From NCBI GenBank assembly GCA_050251875.1, contig JBFWMA010000002.1:128001-192000 (forward strand): a stretch of DNA of 64,000 nt, given 5' to 3'. Under the pieces are notes generated by a model that searched no databases, had not been told where the DNA came from, and saw only the letters and a program-made list of their open reading frames with translations. Position 1 is the stretch's first letter. The number at the start of each line of letters is the position of its first letter. A program made the translations under genes and the position numbers. Positions 29,049 through 37,400 of the stretch are shown here, piece by piece. Source of the stretch: Deferribacterales bacterium (GTDB lineage: Bacteria > Chrysiogenota > Deferribacteres > Deferribacterales > Geovibrionaceae).

Positions 29049-30148
29049 TATTTCAGGAGTTTACTGCTGATCTCCTGAAAACGGTATATTTTTTTACCGT
29101 TATGGTCTTTCATAAAGACTTTCGCGTTGTCTTCAGAACCGAAGGGAATCAGTTCCTCGCCCATAGGACCATAGATGTCTGATCCTGCGACATAGTATGC
29201 CTCTTTGGCGTCTATCGCTTTCTGGCTGTAGTAGTCGCTCACCATCATCTTTTCGGGTTTAATGCCTTTATATCCCCATTTTGCGGGCTCGAAATAGAAT
29301 TTCATCATATCTTTAACACCGTCAAAATAGGCGTCTTTTTTCTCGTTTTTCATGGTGTATGTCATCTGAGCCGCCCAGCGGGGATATTTTGCCACAAACA
29401 TGGCGCAGACGGGGCATCTGGCGTCTTCAGGGACTTTTATAAAGGAATATCCTGTGTCCTGGTTAACCCTGACAACATCCCACAGATAGAGAGCCACTGC
29501 CTGAAGTTTTCCTTCGTTGATATCTTTACAGATGTTGTTGTCTTTGATGTATGCTTTCAGACTGTTGATCTGTTCGAAATTGGCGGGCTCCACGGGGGTG
29601 CAGACTGATTTGTAAACTGATTCTCCCATGGGATACATCATCTTGGTTTTCTTCGCGGTAGTCATGGCAACGTCAGTGCTCATGGATTTCTGAGCGGATT
29701 TGAAGGCTGTGCTGAAATCTGTGATCTCGCCGCCGAACTCTTTTTGAAAAGCGGCTGCGTCATCCATAGACCCGAAGGCTATCTTGCTGGTTTTTGTCAT
29801 TGTTCCGGGAACAGAGCTGCCGACAACGTAAACAGCGTTTTTTACGTTAATCAGTTTTTCTGTTTTGGCATCCACCACAAGAATATTTTTTATCTGCCCC
29901 TCAAGGTTGGGGAAATCGTTTACCAGACAGCGGATAGAGCAGTATTGGCGGGTGTTGCCGTTGTTCAGTTCCACTGCGTGGCTGGTTTTGTAATAGTTTT
30001 TGAGATTCATCCCGCAGATGGGACACCACATTTTCTGGGGTCCTTTCTGGATTATCTCGGGAGTGCCGGAGGCGGTTTTTTCAAACTCAGCCTCGGCAAA
30101 AGCGCAAAGAGAGAAGAGCAGCATAATAACAATCATAAATCTTTTCAT
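29048..30148 (-). CDS. Secreted protein with two NosL-like domains
   Basis: Signal peptide; CPICGM..CSIRC..YVVGS.VPGTM..AFG and CPVCAM..FDGVKDM..YVAGSDIYGPMG..IPF; AGGAG RBS. Confidence 0.82.
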   Translation of the reverse strand: MKRFMIVIMLLFSLCAFAEAEFEKTASGTPEIIQKGPQKMWCPICGMNLKNYYKTSHAVELNNGNTRQYCSIRCLVNDFPNLEGQIKNILVVDAKTEKLINVKNAVYVVGSSVPGTMTKTSKIAFGSMDDAAAFQKEFGGEITDFSTAFKSAQKSMSTDVAMTTAKKTKMMYPMGESVYKSVCTPVEPANFEQINSLKAYIKDNNICKDINEGKLQAVALYLWDVVRVNQDTGYSFIKVPEDARCPVCAMFVAKYPRWAAQMTYTMKNEKKDAYFDGVKDMMKFYFEPAKWGYKGIKPEKMMVSDYYSQKAIDAKEAYYVAGSDIYGPMGEELIPFGSEDNAKVFMKDHNGKKIYRFQEISSKLLK

Positions 30149-30302
30149 TCTCGGTCTCCTGTGAGTTTAAAAGATTTTAACACAATAATGGTATAGTTCA
30201 AATCGTTTTTGAGCGAAAGGTTATTTGTCGTGAATGTGAAATATGGTTTTTTCCTGTGATATTTTAGTGTAAAATTAATCATCTGAAAAACAGGCGGACG
30301 GA

Positions 30303-31082
30303 ATGAGACATTTTTATTTTACTGTTTTATTAACCATTCTTACTATCACTGCCGTATCCTGCGGAGCGCCGAATCCTCTGGAAAAAGACAATACTTCCAG
30401 AGAGATACTGGTCTATTCGGCTATGGCTGTTTCAGACGCTGTGGCTGACATCACCGATCTGTACAACCAGACGTCCGGATGCCGTGCCGTGGTTCTATAC
30501 GGAGGCAGCTCTCATCTGAAATACGCAGTGGAGGCAACACATCTGGGAGATGTTTTCATCCCCGGCATAGGACTGCACAACGACCAGCTATCGGATAAAA
30601 AAATCATTCTCCGTGTGGAGAAGATAGGATATTACACTCCCGTGCTTTATGTCAGAAAGAACAATCCTCTGCGGATCACCGGAGATTTGTCCGCTCTGAC
30701 AGATCCCACCATCCGTGTGGGGCTTGGGTCGCCTGTTTCCAGCGGAATAGGTCTGGTGACGGCTGATCTGCTGAAAAAAGAGGGCGTTTATGACGAAGTG
30801 ATGCACAACGCCGTTGTGCTGGCTTCTGATTCCAGACAGCTGATGAACGAGCTGACAGAGGGACGTGTGGATGTCGTGATAGGCTGGGCTCACTCCGGAT
30901 CGGAGGACTATTTCTCCCGAGATATCGCCGCCATCGCTCTGAACACAGAAGTCAAGGGCGTTCCGATGTCTATAGGGCTTCTGAAATACACAAAAAACAG
31001 GGAATGTTCCGAAAAATTTATTGAGATGGCAGTGTCCGAGCAGGGAAAAGCAGTCTTTAATAAATATTCGGATATCGAATAA
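30303..31082 (+). CDS. ModA-like periplasmic binding lipoprotein (orphan)
   Basis: Lipobox AVSC; VYSAMAV, YGGSSHL, GDVFIPG, VRKNNPL.I, G.P..SGIG, G.VDVVIGW. No modBC adjacent. Confidence 0.75.
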   Translation: MRHFYFTVLLTILTITAVSCGAPNPLEKDNTSREILVYSAMAVSDAVADITDLYNQTSGCRAVVLYGGSSHLKYAVEATHLGDVFIPGIGLHNDQLSDKKIILRVEKIGYYTPVLYVRKNNPLRITGDLSALTDPTIRVGLGSPVSSGIGLVTADLLKKEGVYDEVMHNAVVLASDSRQLMNELTEGRVDVVIGWAHSGSEDYFSRDIAAIALNTEVKGVPMSIGLLKYTKNRECSEKFIEMAVSEQGKAVFNKYSDIE

Positions 31083-31084
31083 AA

Positions 31085-34000
31085 ATGAATAAAAAGATTA
31101 TTTATTTCACATTATTTTATGTGGTTTTTGCCTCGCTGGCGCTGTTTTCGGTGATCAGCATAGAGAACTATGCCATTAAACGGTCGGCGTATATGGACAG
31201 TCTGGTGTCCAACGCCCACGCCAAGATGGATATTCTCAGCCATGTAAAGATCAATATCGGGAATCTGAAATATTACGCATACGGCTATTCTGTGTCTGAT
31301 TCATTCAGCGAAACGGATAAATATGAACGGTCAATTTCCGGAATCTTGGTTCTGCTCAGAAAGAATCTGGATATTCTTTCGTCCGGAGGCACAGTGGAAG
31401 AGACGGTGCCTGTGGGCGCGCCGAACTCTTTTACAGGGAACTATAAGATAAAATATGAAAAGCTCTATGAAGAGGGATATGACCTGAACATCATAGAGAT
31501 GCGGGCTCTGCTGGCGGAGCTGACTATTCTGACGGATGATTTCCGCAACCTGCTCTCTAACAAGATAATAGCCGAACAGTCTGGCAACCTGCCTGTTCTG
31601 AATCTTTATAAAAGAAAACTGAGCGTGGACGAGAAGGAGCTCCAGACATTTTTTAACGTGTTTTCCGGTTCTGCCGACAGATATTATCTGTCTGCTGTAC
31701 GGGATATCGCCGTTCTGGAAAAATTCCGCTCAGACCAGATGAAAACGCTTAACAGAATCAAAAACTATGTCTGTATCATCTGCGCCTTACTCTGTGTGGG
31801 CGCCGGAATCCTGCTCTATATTTATGTCGTAAGGATGTTCAGGGAGAACAGCGGATATCAGGTGAGGGTAAAGAGCATCACGGATGATTTCAACACTTCG
31901 CTGAACGCCAGAACAAAAGAGCTGAGCACCGAGCTGGCGGAGAGAACCTCCGAACTGACGGTATTCAAAACAAAATACAAAGAACTGAAGAGGATTTTCG
32001 AGTCTCTGACCCATCCTTTTTACGTTATAGATGCCAATACATACGAGATAATTTTCGCCAACAAGGCCGCCTATGCCATAGGTGGAATGTCTGGCGGAAC
32101 CTGCTATGAGCTGACGCATCATCAGGCTTTTCCGTGCAGCGGTCTGGAGCATCCTTGCCCGCTCCAGCTTGTGAAAAACACAGGAAAAGAGGTTACGGTG
32201 GAGCATATTCACCTGCTTCCGGACGGTACGGAGGGCTTTTTCGAGGTCAGGGGATATCCTGTCTATGACTCATCCGGAAATCTCATCCAGATGATAGAAT
32301 ATTCTCTGGACATCACCGACTGGAAGAGAAGCCAGAAAAATCTTCTGCACAGGCAGAGCATGCTGGAGGAGAAGATCACGGATTATTCCCGTCTCGTCAG
32401 GGAAGAATCGGACATGAGGATGAAGGCGCAGGAAGTTATTCTTCAGAATGAGGGCAAGCTGGCGGGGATAATCAGAAACGTTTCTGAGATAATAGCCGTC
32501 ATAAAAGGAAACGGACGGATAATCTATCTGAGCCCGTCCGCCGAAAGAAAGCTGGGATATTCCGCCATGTATGCCGAAGGCAAGATTTTCAGCGATTTCG
32601 TTCACAGCGAAGACAGAAACTATGTGGAATACTGGCTGGATGACGCGGCGCAGTCCCGTGAAGAGATAAATACCACCGAATTCCGGCTGATAAGATCCGG
32701 CGGAGACCCCATAATAGCCGAGGCGTCCGCCGTTAATATGCTTAACGATGACGATGTAGACGGGCTGGTGCTCTACATCAGGGATATCACCCTTAGAAAA
32801 GCGGCGGAAAAAGAGATCAGGAAGATGGCTTCTGTGGTGGAATACAGCCCGGCGGGGATTTTCATCACGGATGCCGAGACCAATGTGGAATATGCCAACC
32901 CGGCGTTCGAATCCTTCACAGGGTATCCTATGTCTGAGGTTCTAGGCAGAAAGACTTTTTTCATGGACAGCTTTGACATCAGCGGTTCATCCAATAAAAG
33001 CCTGAGAAAGCCGATGACACTGAAAAAGAAGAACGGGGAGACTGCGGACAAAGAGGTTCTCATTGTTCCTGTGCACAGCGACAGAGGACAGGTGATGAGC
33101 TATGTCTGCATGTTCGATATACAGAAAAGCGCTTCACAGGAAGGTCTTCTGTCATCGCAGAAACTGAAGTCCAGATTCCTTTCCATATTCTCCCACGAGG
33201 TGATGACGCCTCTGAACAGCGTGATGGGCTTTACCGATCTGCTCACGGAGACCGAGCTCACAGATAAGCAGAAAAAATATGCCGAAACGGTGAGAAAGAG
33301 CGCCACCGAGATTAAAAAACTATTTGAGACCGTGGCGGATATGGCGGCTCTGGAAAACGGCAGTCTGAGCGTTAATATCAGCCCTTTCAGGCTGAAACCG
33401 GAGATGGATACGCTGGCTGAGTTTTATTCCGCCATAGCGAAAGACAAGGGAATCGGTTTTGTATATAAATATGACGGCTCAATACCGGAATACATAAACG
33501 GCGACAGCATAAAGATAATCAGGATTCTGGAAGGTCTGCTGTCTAACGCCGTTAAGTTCACTGCGGACGGCGGGTCAGTCGCACTGAAAACAGAAAACGC
33601 TGACGGCGGGTCTGTGCTTTTTGAGGTTTCAGACACGGGGATTGGCATCTCAGAGAGCTATAAGGACAAGATATTCGAGTCATTCAGTCAGGAAGATTAC
33701 AGCGTTACCAGAAACTATGACGGAGCGGGAATTGGGCTGGCGTATGTAAAAAAACTGGTGAACGCCATGAACTCCGACATTATAGTGGAAAGCAGAAGAG
33801 GAGAGGGCTCGGTATTCAGCTTTACTCTGTATGCAGGGGCGGACGCTCAGGGCGGAAAGAAGACGGAAAAATTATACGGCAGGGCTCTTCTGGCGGACGG
33901 CTCCGATGAGGTGAAAAATATTCTCAGCTCAATAGGGCTCACCGTGGACATGGCTGAAGATGGCGAGAAAGCCGTGGAAAAGTTTCAGCACGAAAAATAT

Positions 34001-34582
34001 GACATAGTATTTCTCAATAAATCGCTCCCGGTGAAAGACGGCATCAGCGCCTCACTGAGTATCAGACAGTATGAACACTCCTCCATGAGACCGGCGGTGC
34101 CTGTGATACTGCTCACGCTGAAATCATATAAAGGCAGAGAGGGTGTGCTGAAAGATGCCGGAATAGACGGATTTGTTTCCCAGCCTTACACCAGGGATAA
34201 ATTCATGAATATATGTGAAACGCATATGCCGGAACAGGACGTTTCCGGAATCACTTTCGACTTCTCTCTGGAAAAAGTCTGCTCTGAAATAGGGCTGGAT
34301 AAAAAGGTGCTGAAGCCGATCCTGTATGAGTTTGTGGAACAGTCGGTGAAATCCGTTAATCAGGCGGAAAAGGCTCTGAGAGACGATAATCCGAAGCAGA
34401 ATAAAGACCTTCTTCAGTCTGTGCGGAGCACTGCGGGCAATTTCGGGTTAAATTCGGTTTGTCAGCTTCTGAAAAATATGGAAGAATCCGGCAGGAAGAA
34501 AGATATATCGGAATACAGAAATTATCACGCTCAGATATTGCTGTTTCTGAACCATGTGCTTGAGGAATTAAACGGGAGCTGA
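31085..34582 (+). CDS. Membrane PAS-domain hybrid histidine kinase with degenerate receiver and Hpt domains
   Basis: Two TMs, three PAS domains, H-box SHEVMTPLN, LLSNAVKFT, VSDTGIG, GAGIGL; C-terminal REC-like and Hpt-like domains. Confidence 0.9.
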   Translation: MNKKIIYFTLFYVVFASLALFSVISIENYAIKRSAYMDSLVSNAHAKMDILSHVKINIGNLKYYAYGYSVSDSFSETDKYERSISGILVLLRKNLDILSSGGTVEETVPVGAPNSFTGNYKIKYEKLYEEGYDLNIIEMRALLAELTILTDDFRNLLSNKIIAEQSGNLPVLNLYKRKLSVDEKELQTFFNVFSGSADRYYLSAVRDIAVLEKFRSDQMKTLNRIKNYVCIICALLCVGAGILLYIYVVRMFRENSGYQVRVKSITDDFNTSLNARTKELSTELAERTSELTVFKTKYKELKRIFESLTHPFYVIDANTYEIIFANKAAYAIGGMSGGTCYELTHHQAFPCSGLEHPCPLQLVKNTGKEVTVEHIHLLPDGTEGFFEVRGYPVYDSSGNLIQMIEYSLDITDWKRSQKNLLHRQSMLEEKITDYSRLVREESDMRMKAQEVILQNEGKLAGIIRNVSEIIAVIKGNGRIIYLSPSAERKLGYSAMYAEGKIFSDFVHSEDRNYVEYWLDDAAQSREEINTTEFRLIRSGGDPIIAEASAVNMLNDDDVDGLVLYIRDITLRKAAEKEIRKMASVVEYSPAGIFITDAETNVEYANPAFESFTGYPMSEVLGRKTFFMDSFDISGSSNKSLRKPMTLKKKNGETADKEVLIVPVHSDRGQVMSYVCMFDIQKSASQEGLLSSQKLKSRFLSIFSHEVMTPLNSVMGFTDLLTETELTDKQKKYAETVRKSATEIKKLFETVADMAALENGSLSVNISPFRLKPEMDTLAEFYSAIAKDKGIGFVYKYDGSIPEYINGDSIKIIRILEGLLSNAVKFTADGGSVALKTENADGGSVLFEVSDTGIGISESYKDKIFESFSQEDYSVTRNYDGAGIGLAYVKKLVNAMNSDIIVESRRGEGSVFSFTLYAGADAQGGKKTEKLYGRALLADGSDEVKNILSSIGLTVDMAEDGEKAVEKFQHEKYDIVFLNKSLPVKDGISASLSIRQYEHSSMRPAVPVILLTLKSYKGREGVLKDAGIDGFVSQPYTRDKFMNICETHMPEQDVSGITFDFSLEKVCSEIGLDKKVLKPILYEFVEQSVKSVNQAEKALRDDNPKQNKDLLQSVRSTAGNFGLNSVCQLLKNMEESGRKKDISEYRNYHAQILLFLNHVLEELNGS

Positions 34583-35631
34583 TGATGGAATATATAGCTA
34601 AGATCGTTTCGGTGGATGACAACAGGCTTAATCTCCTGCTGATAGAATCCATGCTGGAAAGCATGAACGTAGCTATAACCAGCTTCACCGATCCTCTGAC
34701 TGCTCTTAAATTTATCCGGGAGAATCCGGCGGATATAATCCTCACCGATTATATGATGCCGGTGATGGACGGGGTTTCCTTCATTAAACATGTCAGAGAG
34801 ATAGACGCTGATATCCCTGTGGTGATGGTGACAGCCGTGGATGATGACGACAATGTGAAGATAGCCGCTCTTCAGGCGGGAGCATACGATTTTCTGTATA
34901 AGCCTCTGAAACTGTATGAGTTTCAGGTGAGGATAAAAAACCTGCTGAGCATGAGGCGAAACCAGCTCCTGCTGAAAGACAGAGCCGCTCTGCTTCAGGA
35001 CGAAGTTCTGACCGCCACCAAACAGATAGAACAGCGTGAGTTCGAGTCGCTCTCTATCATAGGTCGTGCCAGCGAATACAAAGACATGGAAACGGGCAAC
35101 CATATAAAAAGGGTTGCGCATTACTGCCGTGAGCTGGCGAGAGATCTGGGGTTGGATCAGGATTATATCAACACGCTCTTTTATTCATCTCCTCTGCACG
35201 ACATAGGCAAGATAGGCATACCGGACAGCATTCTGCTGAAGCCCGCCAGGCTGACCGACTCCGAGTTTGTCATCATGCAGCAGCACACGGTTATAGGTCA
35301 CGGCATCCTGAACGAGGCGGACGGCAAATATCTGAAAATGGGAGCGGAGATAGCCATATCTCACCACGAGCGGTGGGACGGAAGCGGATATCCGAAAAAG
35401 CTCTCCGGAGAGGATATACCCATCAGCGGACGGATCGTGGCTATCAGCGATGTCTTTGACGCTCTGATGTCCAAAAGACCCTACAAAGACAAATGGACAA
35501 CGGGCGAGACTATAGTTTATATCCAGAAAAACAGCGGAAAGATGTTCGATCCTGCTCTGGTGGCTTCTTTCGACAGGCTCCATGATGTCTTTATGGATAT
35601 CCTGAAAAGCTATGATGATTCAGGCGAATAA
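34582..35631 (+). CDS. REC plus HD-GYP response regulator (RpfG-like cyclic-dinucleotide phosphodiesterase)
   Basis: VDDN..ILTDYMMP receiver; LHDIGKIG, HHERWDGSGYP, DVFDALMS.RPYK. Confidence 0.93.
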   Translation: MMEYIAKIVSVDDNRLNLLLIESMLESMNVAITSFTDPLTALKFIRENPADIILTDYMMPVMDGVSFIKHVREIDADIPVVMVTAVDDDDNVKIAALQAGAYDFLYKPLKLYEFQVRIKNLLSMRRNQLLLKDRAALLQDEVLTATKQIEQREFESLSIIGRASEYKDMETGNHIKRVAHYCRELARDLGLDQDYINTLFYSSPLHDIGKIGIPDSILLKPARLTDSEFVIMQQHTVIGHGILNEADGKYLKMGAEIAISHHERWDGSGYPKKLSGEDIPISGRIVAISDVFDALMSKRPYKDKWTTGETIVYIQKNSGKMFDPALVASFDRLHDVFMDILKSYDDSGE

Positions 35632-35704
35632 CGTATCTGTTAAATATTTTTCATAATCGGACAGTTTTTGTCTTGACAATAATTCAAATAACTATTATTA
35701 ATAT

Positions 35705-35822
35705 TCTTAATCCTAATACAGAAACCCTATAGTATAGCAACAAACATTGTCTGGACTGCCGGGCGGAGAAACACAATAGTCTTCATACAACAACAACCTC
35801 CTTATTCCGCCCGGTTTCCTTT
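35705..35822 (+). ncRNA. Candidate small RNA: terminator-like hairpin with anti-SD/CAA-rich loop
   Basis: TTGACA at 35673-35678; stem CCGGGCGGA (35759-35767)/TCCGCCCGG (35806-35814) then TTTCCTTT; loop contains ACAACAACAACCTCCTTA. Confidence 0.45.
35727..35786 (-). CDS. Candidate 19-aa hydrophobic peptide MKTIVFLRPAVQTMFVAIL
   Basis: Perfect TAAGGAGG about 10 nt upstream of the ATG on the minus strand; ends in TAG. Confidence 0.3.
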   Translation of the reverse strand: MKTIVFLRPAVQTMFVAIL

Positions 35823-35881
35823 CAATCCAGCCTTTTAACATCACCTCTTTTGTAGTATATTGGCTCCTGACGGAGGATGCC

Positions 35882-36433
35882 ATGAACAGAGAAGAAGCCT
35901 ACACACTGCTGACAGAATACACCAAGTCCGATTCGCTGATTAAGCACGCTCTGAGCGTTGAACAGGCTATGCGGTCATACGCCGTAAAATTCGGTGAAGA
36001 CGCCGAAAGATGGGGCGTGGCGGGTCTTCTGCATGATTTTGACTATGAAAAATACCCCACGCTGGACGACCACCCCTTTAAGGGGGTAGAAATCCTGAAA
36101 GGTCTCGGATATCCGCAGGATATTCTGGACGCTATTCTGGGACACGCCAGACACACAGATGTAATTAGGGAGACCATGATGGCAAAAACCTTGTTCGCTG
36201 TGGATGAGCTGTGCGGTTTTCTGCTCGCCTGCGCTTATGTGCGTCCGGATAAGTCCATAGCCAATGTTGAGGTGAAGAGTGTTAAGAAAAAGCTGAAGGA
36301 CAAGGCGTTCGCCAGAGCTGTCAGCCGTGATGATATAGAGCAGGGGATAGAAGAGATGGGAGTGGACAGAGACGAGCACATCGCTTTTGTTATCGCCTCG
36401 CTGTCTGAAATCTCGGACAAGCTGGGCGTATGA
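35882..36433 (+). CDS. HD-domain metal-dependent phosphohydrolase
   Basis: LIKHAL.VE, GLLHDFDYE, ILGHA, LFAVDELCG, KDKAFARAVSR; GGAGG RBS. Confidence 0.9.
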   Translation: MNREEAYTLLTEYTKSDSLIKHALSVEQAMRSYAVKFGEDAERWGVAGLLHDFDYEKYPTLDDHPFKGVEILKGLGYPQDILDAILGHARHTDVIRETMMAKTLFAVDELCGFLLACAYVRPDKSIANVEVKSVKKKLKDKAFARAVSRDDIEQGIEEMGVDRDEHIAFVIASLSEISDKLGV

Positions 36434-37191
36434 ACACTCTGACTCCGGTCACTCTGTCTGACGGACTGATAGTCGAGACGGTGTGGTATCCATACGGCAC
36501 ATTGTGCATATCTTCTCAGGCGGGGTGCCGGATAGGCTGTCCGTTCTGCGCCTCAGGCAGGAAGGGACTTGTCCGCAGTCTGACGTGCGAAGAGATGATG
36601 GTTCAGGCAAAAACAGCGGAGGCAAAACGCATAACCATATCTGGAATTGGCGAGCCTCTGGATAACTTTATCGCCGTGAAGGAATTTATAGAGAGATCAG
36701 AGCTTCCGGCGGCGGTGACAACCACAGCCTGTTCGTTTCTGGTGAAAGACCTGCTGATGCTGAACCACAACGGGGTGATGATATCAGTGCACGCCGGCAC
36801 GGAAACTGCGCATAAAAAGCTGATACCTAACACCAGACCGCTAAAGGATATATACGATGACATAGCTCAGGTGTGGGACACCATGTCCGTGAGATCCAGA
36901 AAAAAGCTGGGGTTTAATTATCTGCTGGTGGAGGGCGTAAACGACAGCTATGCCGAGATAGACGCCCATATTGAAAATATGGGAAGATTTCCTCAGGCAT
37001 CCACCCATCTTCTGATTCTGAACCATGTGGACAAATCACCGTATAAGAGCCCGCCGAGGGAGAAATATGACGAAATATATGAATATATGCGGTCAAAAGG
37101 GCTGAATGTGAGACGGGCAAACCAGTGGCGCAGGAAAGACTTAGGCGGTTGCGGGACACTATGGCTGAAGAGTCTGGAAGAAAAATGTTGA
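36430..37191 (+). CDS. Short RlmN/Cfr-like radical SAM protein
   Basis: TLCISSQAGCRIGCPFCASG, GIGEPL.N, ISVH, NY.L..GVND, C-terminal GGCGTL. Confidence 0.8.
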   Translation: MNTLTPVTLSDGLIVETVWYPYGTLCISSQAGCRIGCPFCASGRKGLVRSLTCEEMMVQAKTAEAKRITISGIGEPLDNFIAVKEFIERSELPAAVTTTACSFLVKDLLMLNHNGVMISVHAGTETAHKKLIPNTRPLKDIYDDIAQVWDTMSVRSRKKLGFNYLLVEGVNDSYAEIDAHIENMGRFPQASTHLLILNHVDKSPYKSPPREKYDEIYEYMRSKGLNVRRANQWRRKDLGGCGTLWLKSLEEKC

Positions 37192-37216
37192 CTTTGTTTA
37201 CATAATCAGGCAATAT
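37188..37216 (+). promoter_or_regulatory. trp operon promoter
   Basis: TTGACT-N17-CAATAT, ending 6 nt before the leader ATG. Confidence 0.6.
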
Positions 37217-37222
37217 CACTCC

Positions 37223-37285
37223 ATGAATACTAATAACGTAATTACAACTGTTAAAAATTGGTGGTGGCGTTCAACTTCTATATAA
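37223..37285 (+). CDS. trpL: trp leader peptide MNTNNVITTVKNWWWRSTSI
   Basis: Three consecutive TGG codons upstream of trpE, followed by attenuator hairpins. Confidence 0.92.
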   Translation: MNTNNVITTVKNWWWRSTSI

Positions 37286-37345
37286 GAGGTTTTCGCCATG
37301 AGTTTGTGTATAACAGCCGTGCGGTGAAAACCGCACGGCTTTTTT
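37264..37345 (+). promoter_or_regulatory. Transcription attenuator (1:2 pause, 2:3 antiterminator, terminator T1)
   Basis: GTGGCG..AACTTCT pairs with AGAGGTT..CGCCAT; GGTTTTCGCC (37288-37297) pairs with GGTGAAAACC (37323-37332); T1 is AGCCGTGCGGT-GAAA-ACCGCACGGCT-TTTTT. Confidence 0.88.
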
Positions 37346-37357
37346 GTTGCCTTACAG

Positions 37358-37391
37358 GGCCGTGTTATAAAATAACACGGCCTTTTTTTTT
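37358..37391 (+). terminator. Second intrinsic terminator (T2) in the trp leader
   Basis: GGCCGTGTTAT-AAA-ATAACACGGCC followed by T9. Confidence 0.8.
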
Positions 37392-37400
37392 GAAATTATA

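Noticed and set aside
25998..35631. Accessory block as a genomic island or prophage
   Set aside because: No integrase, transposase, tRNA target, flanking direct repeats or obvious compositional break were seen.
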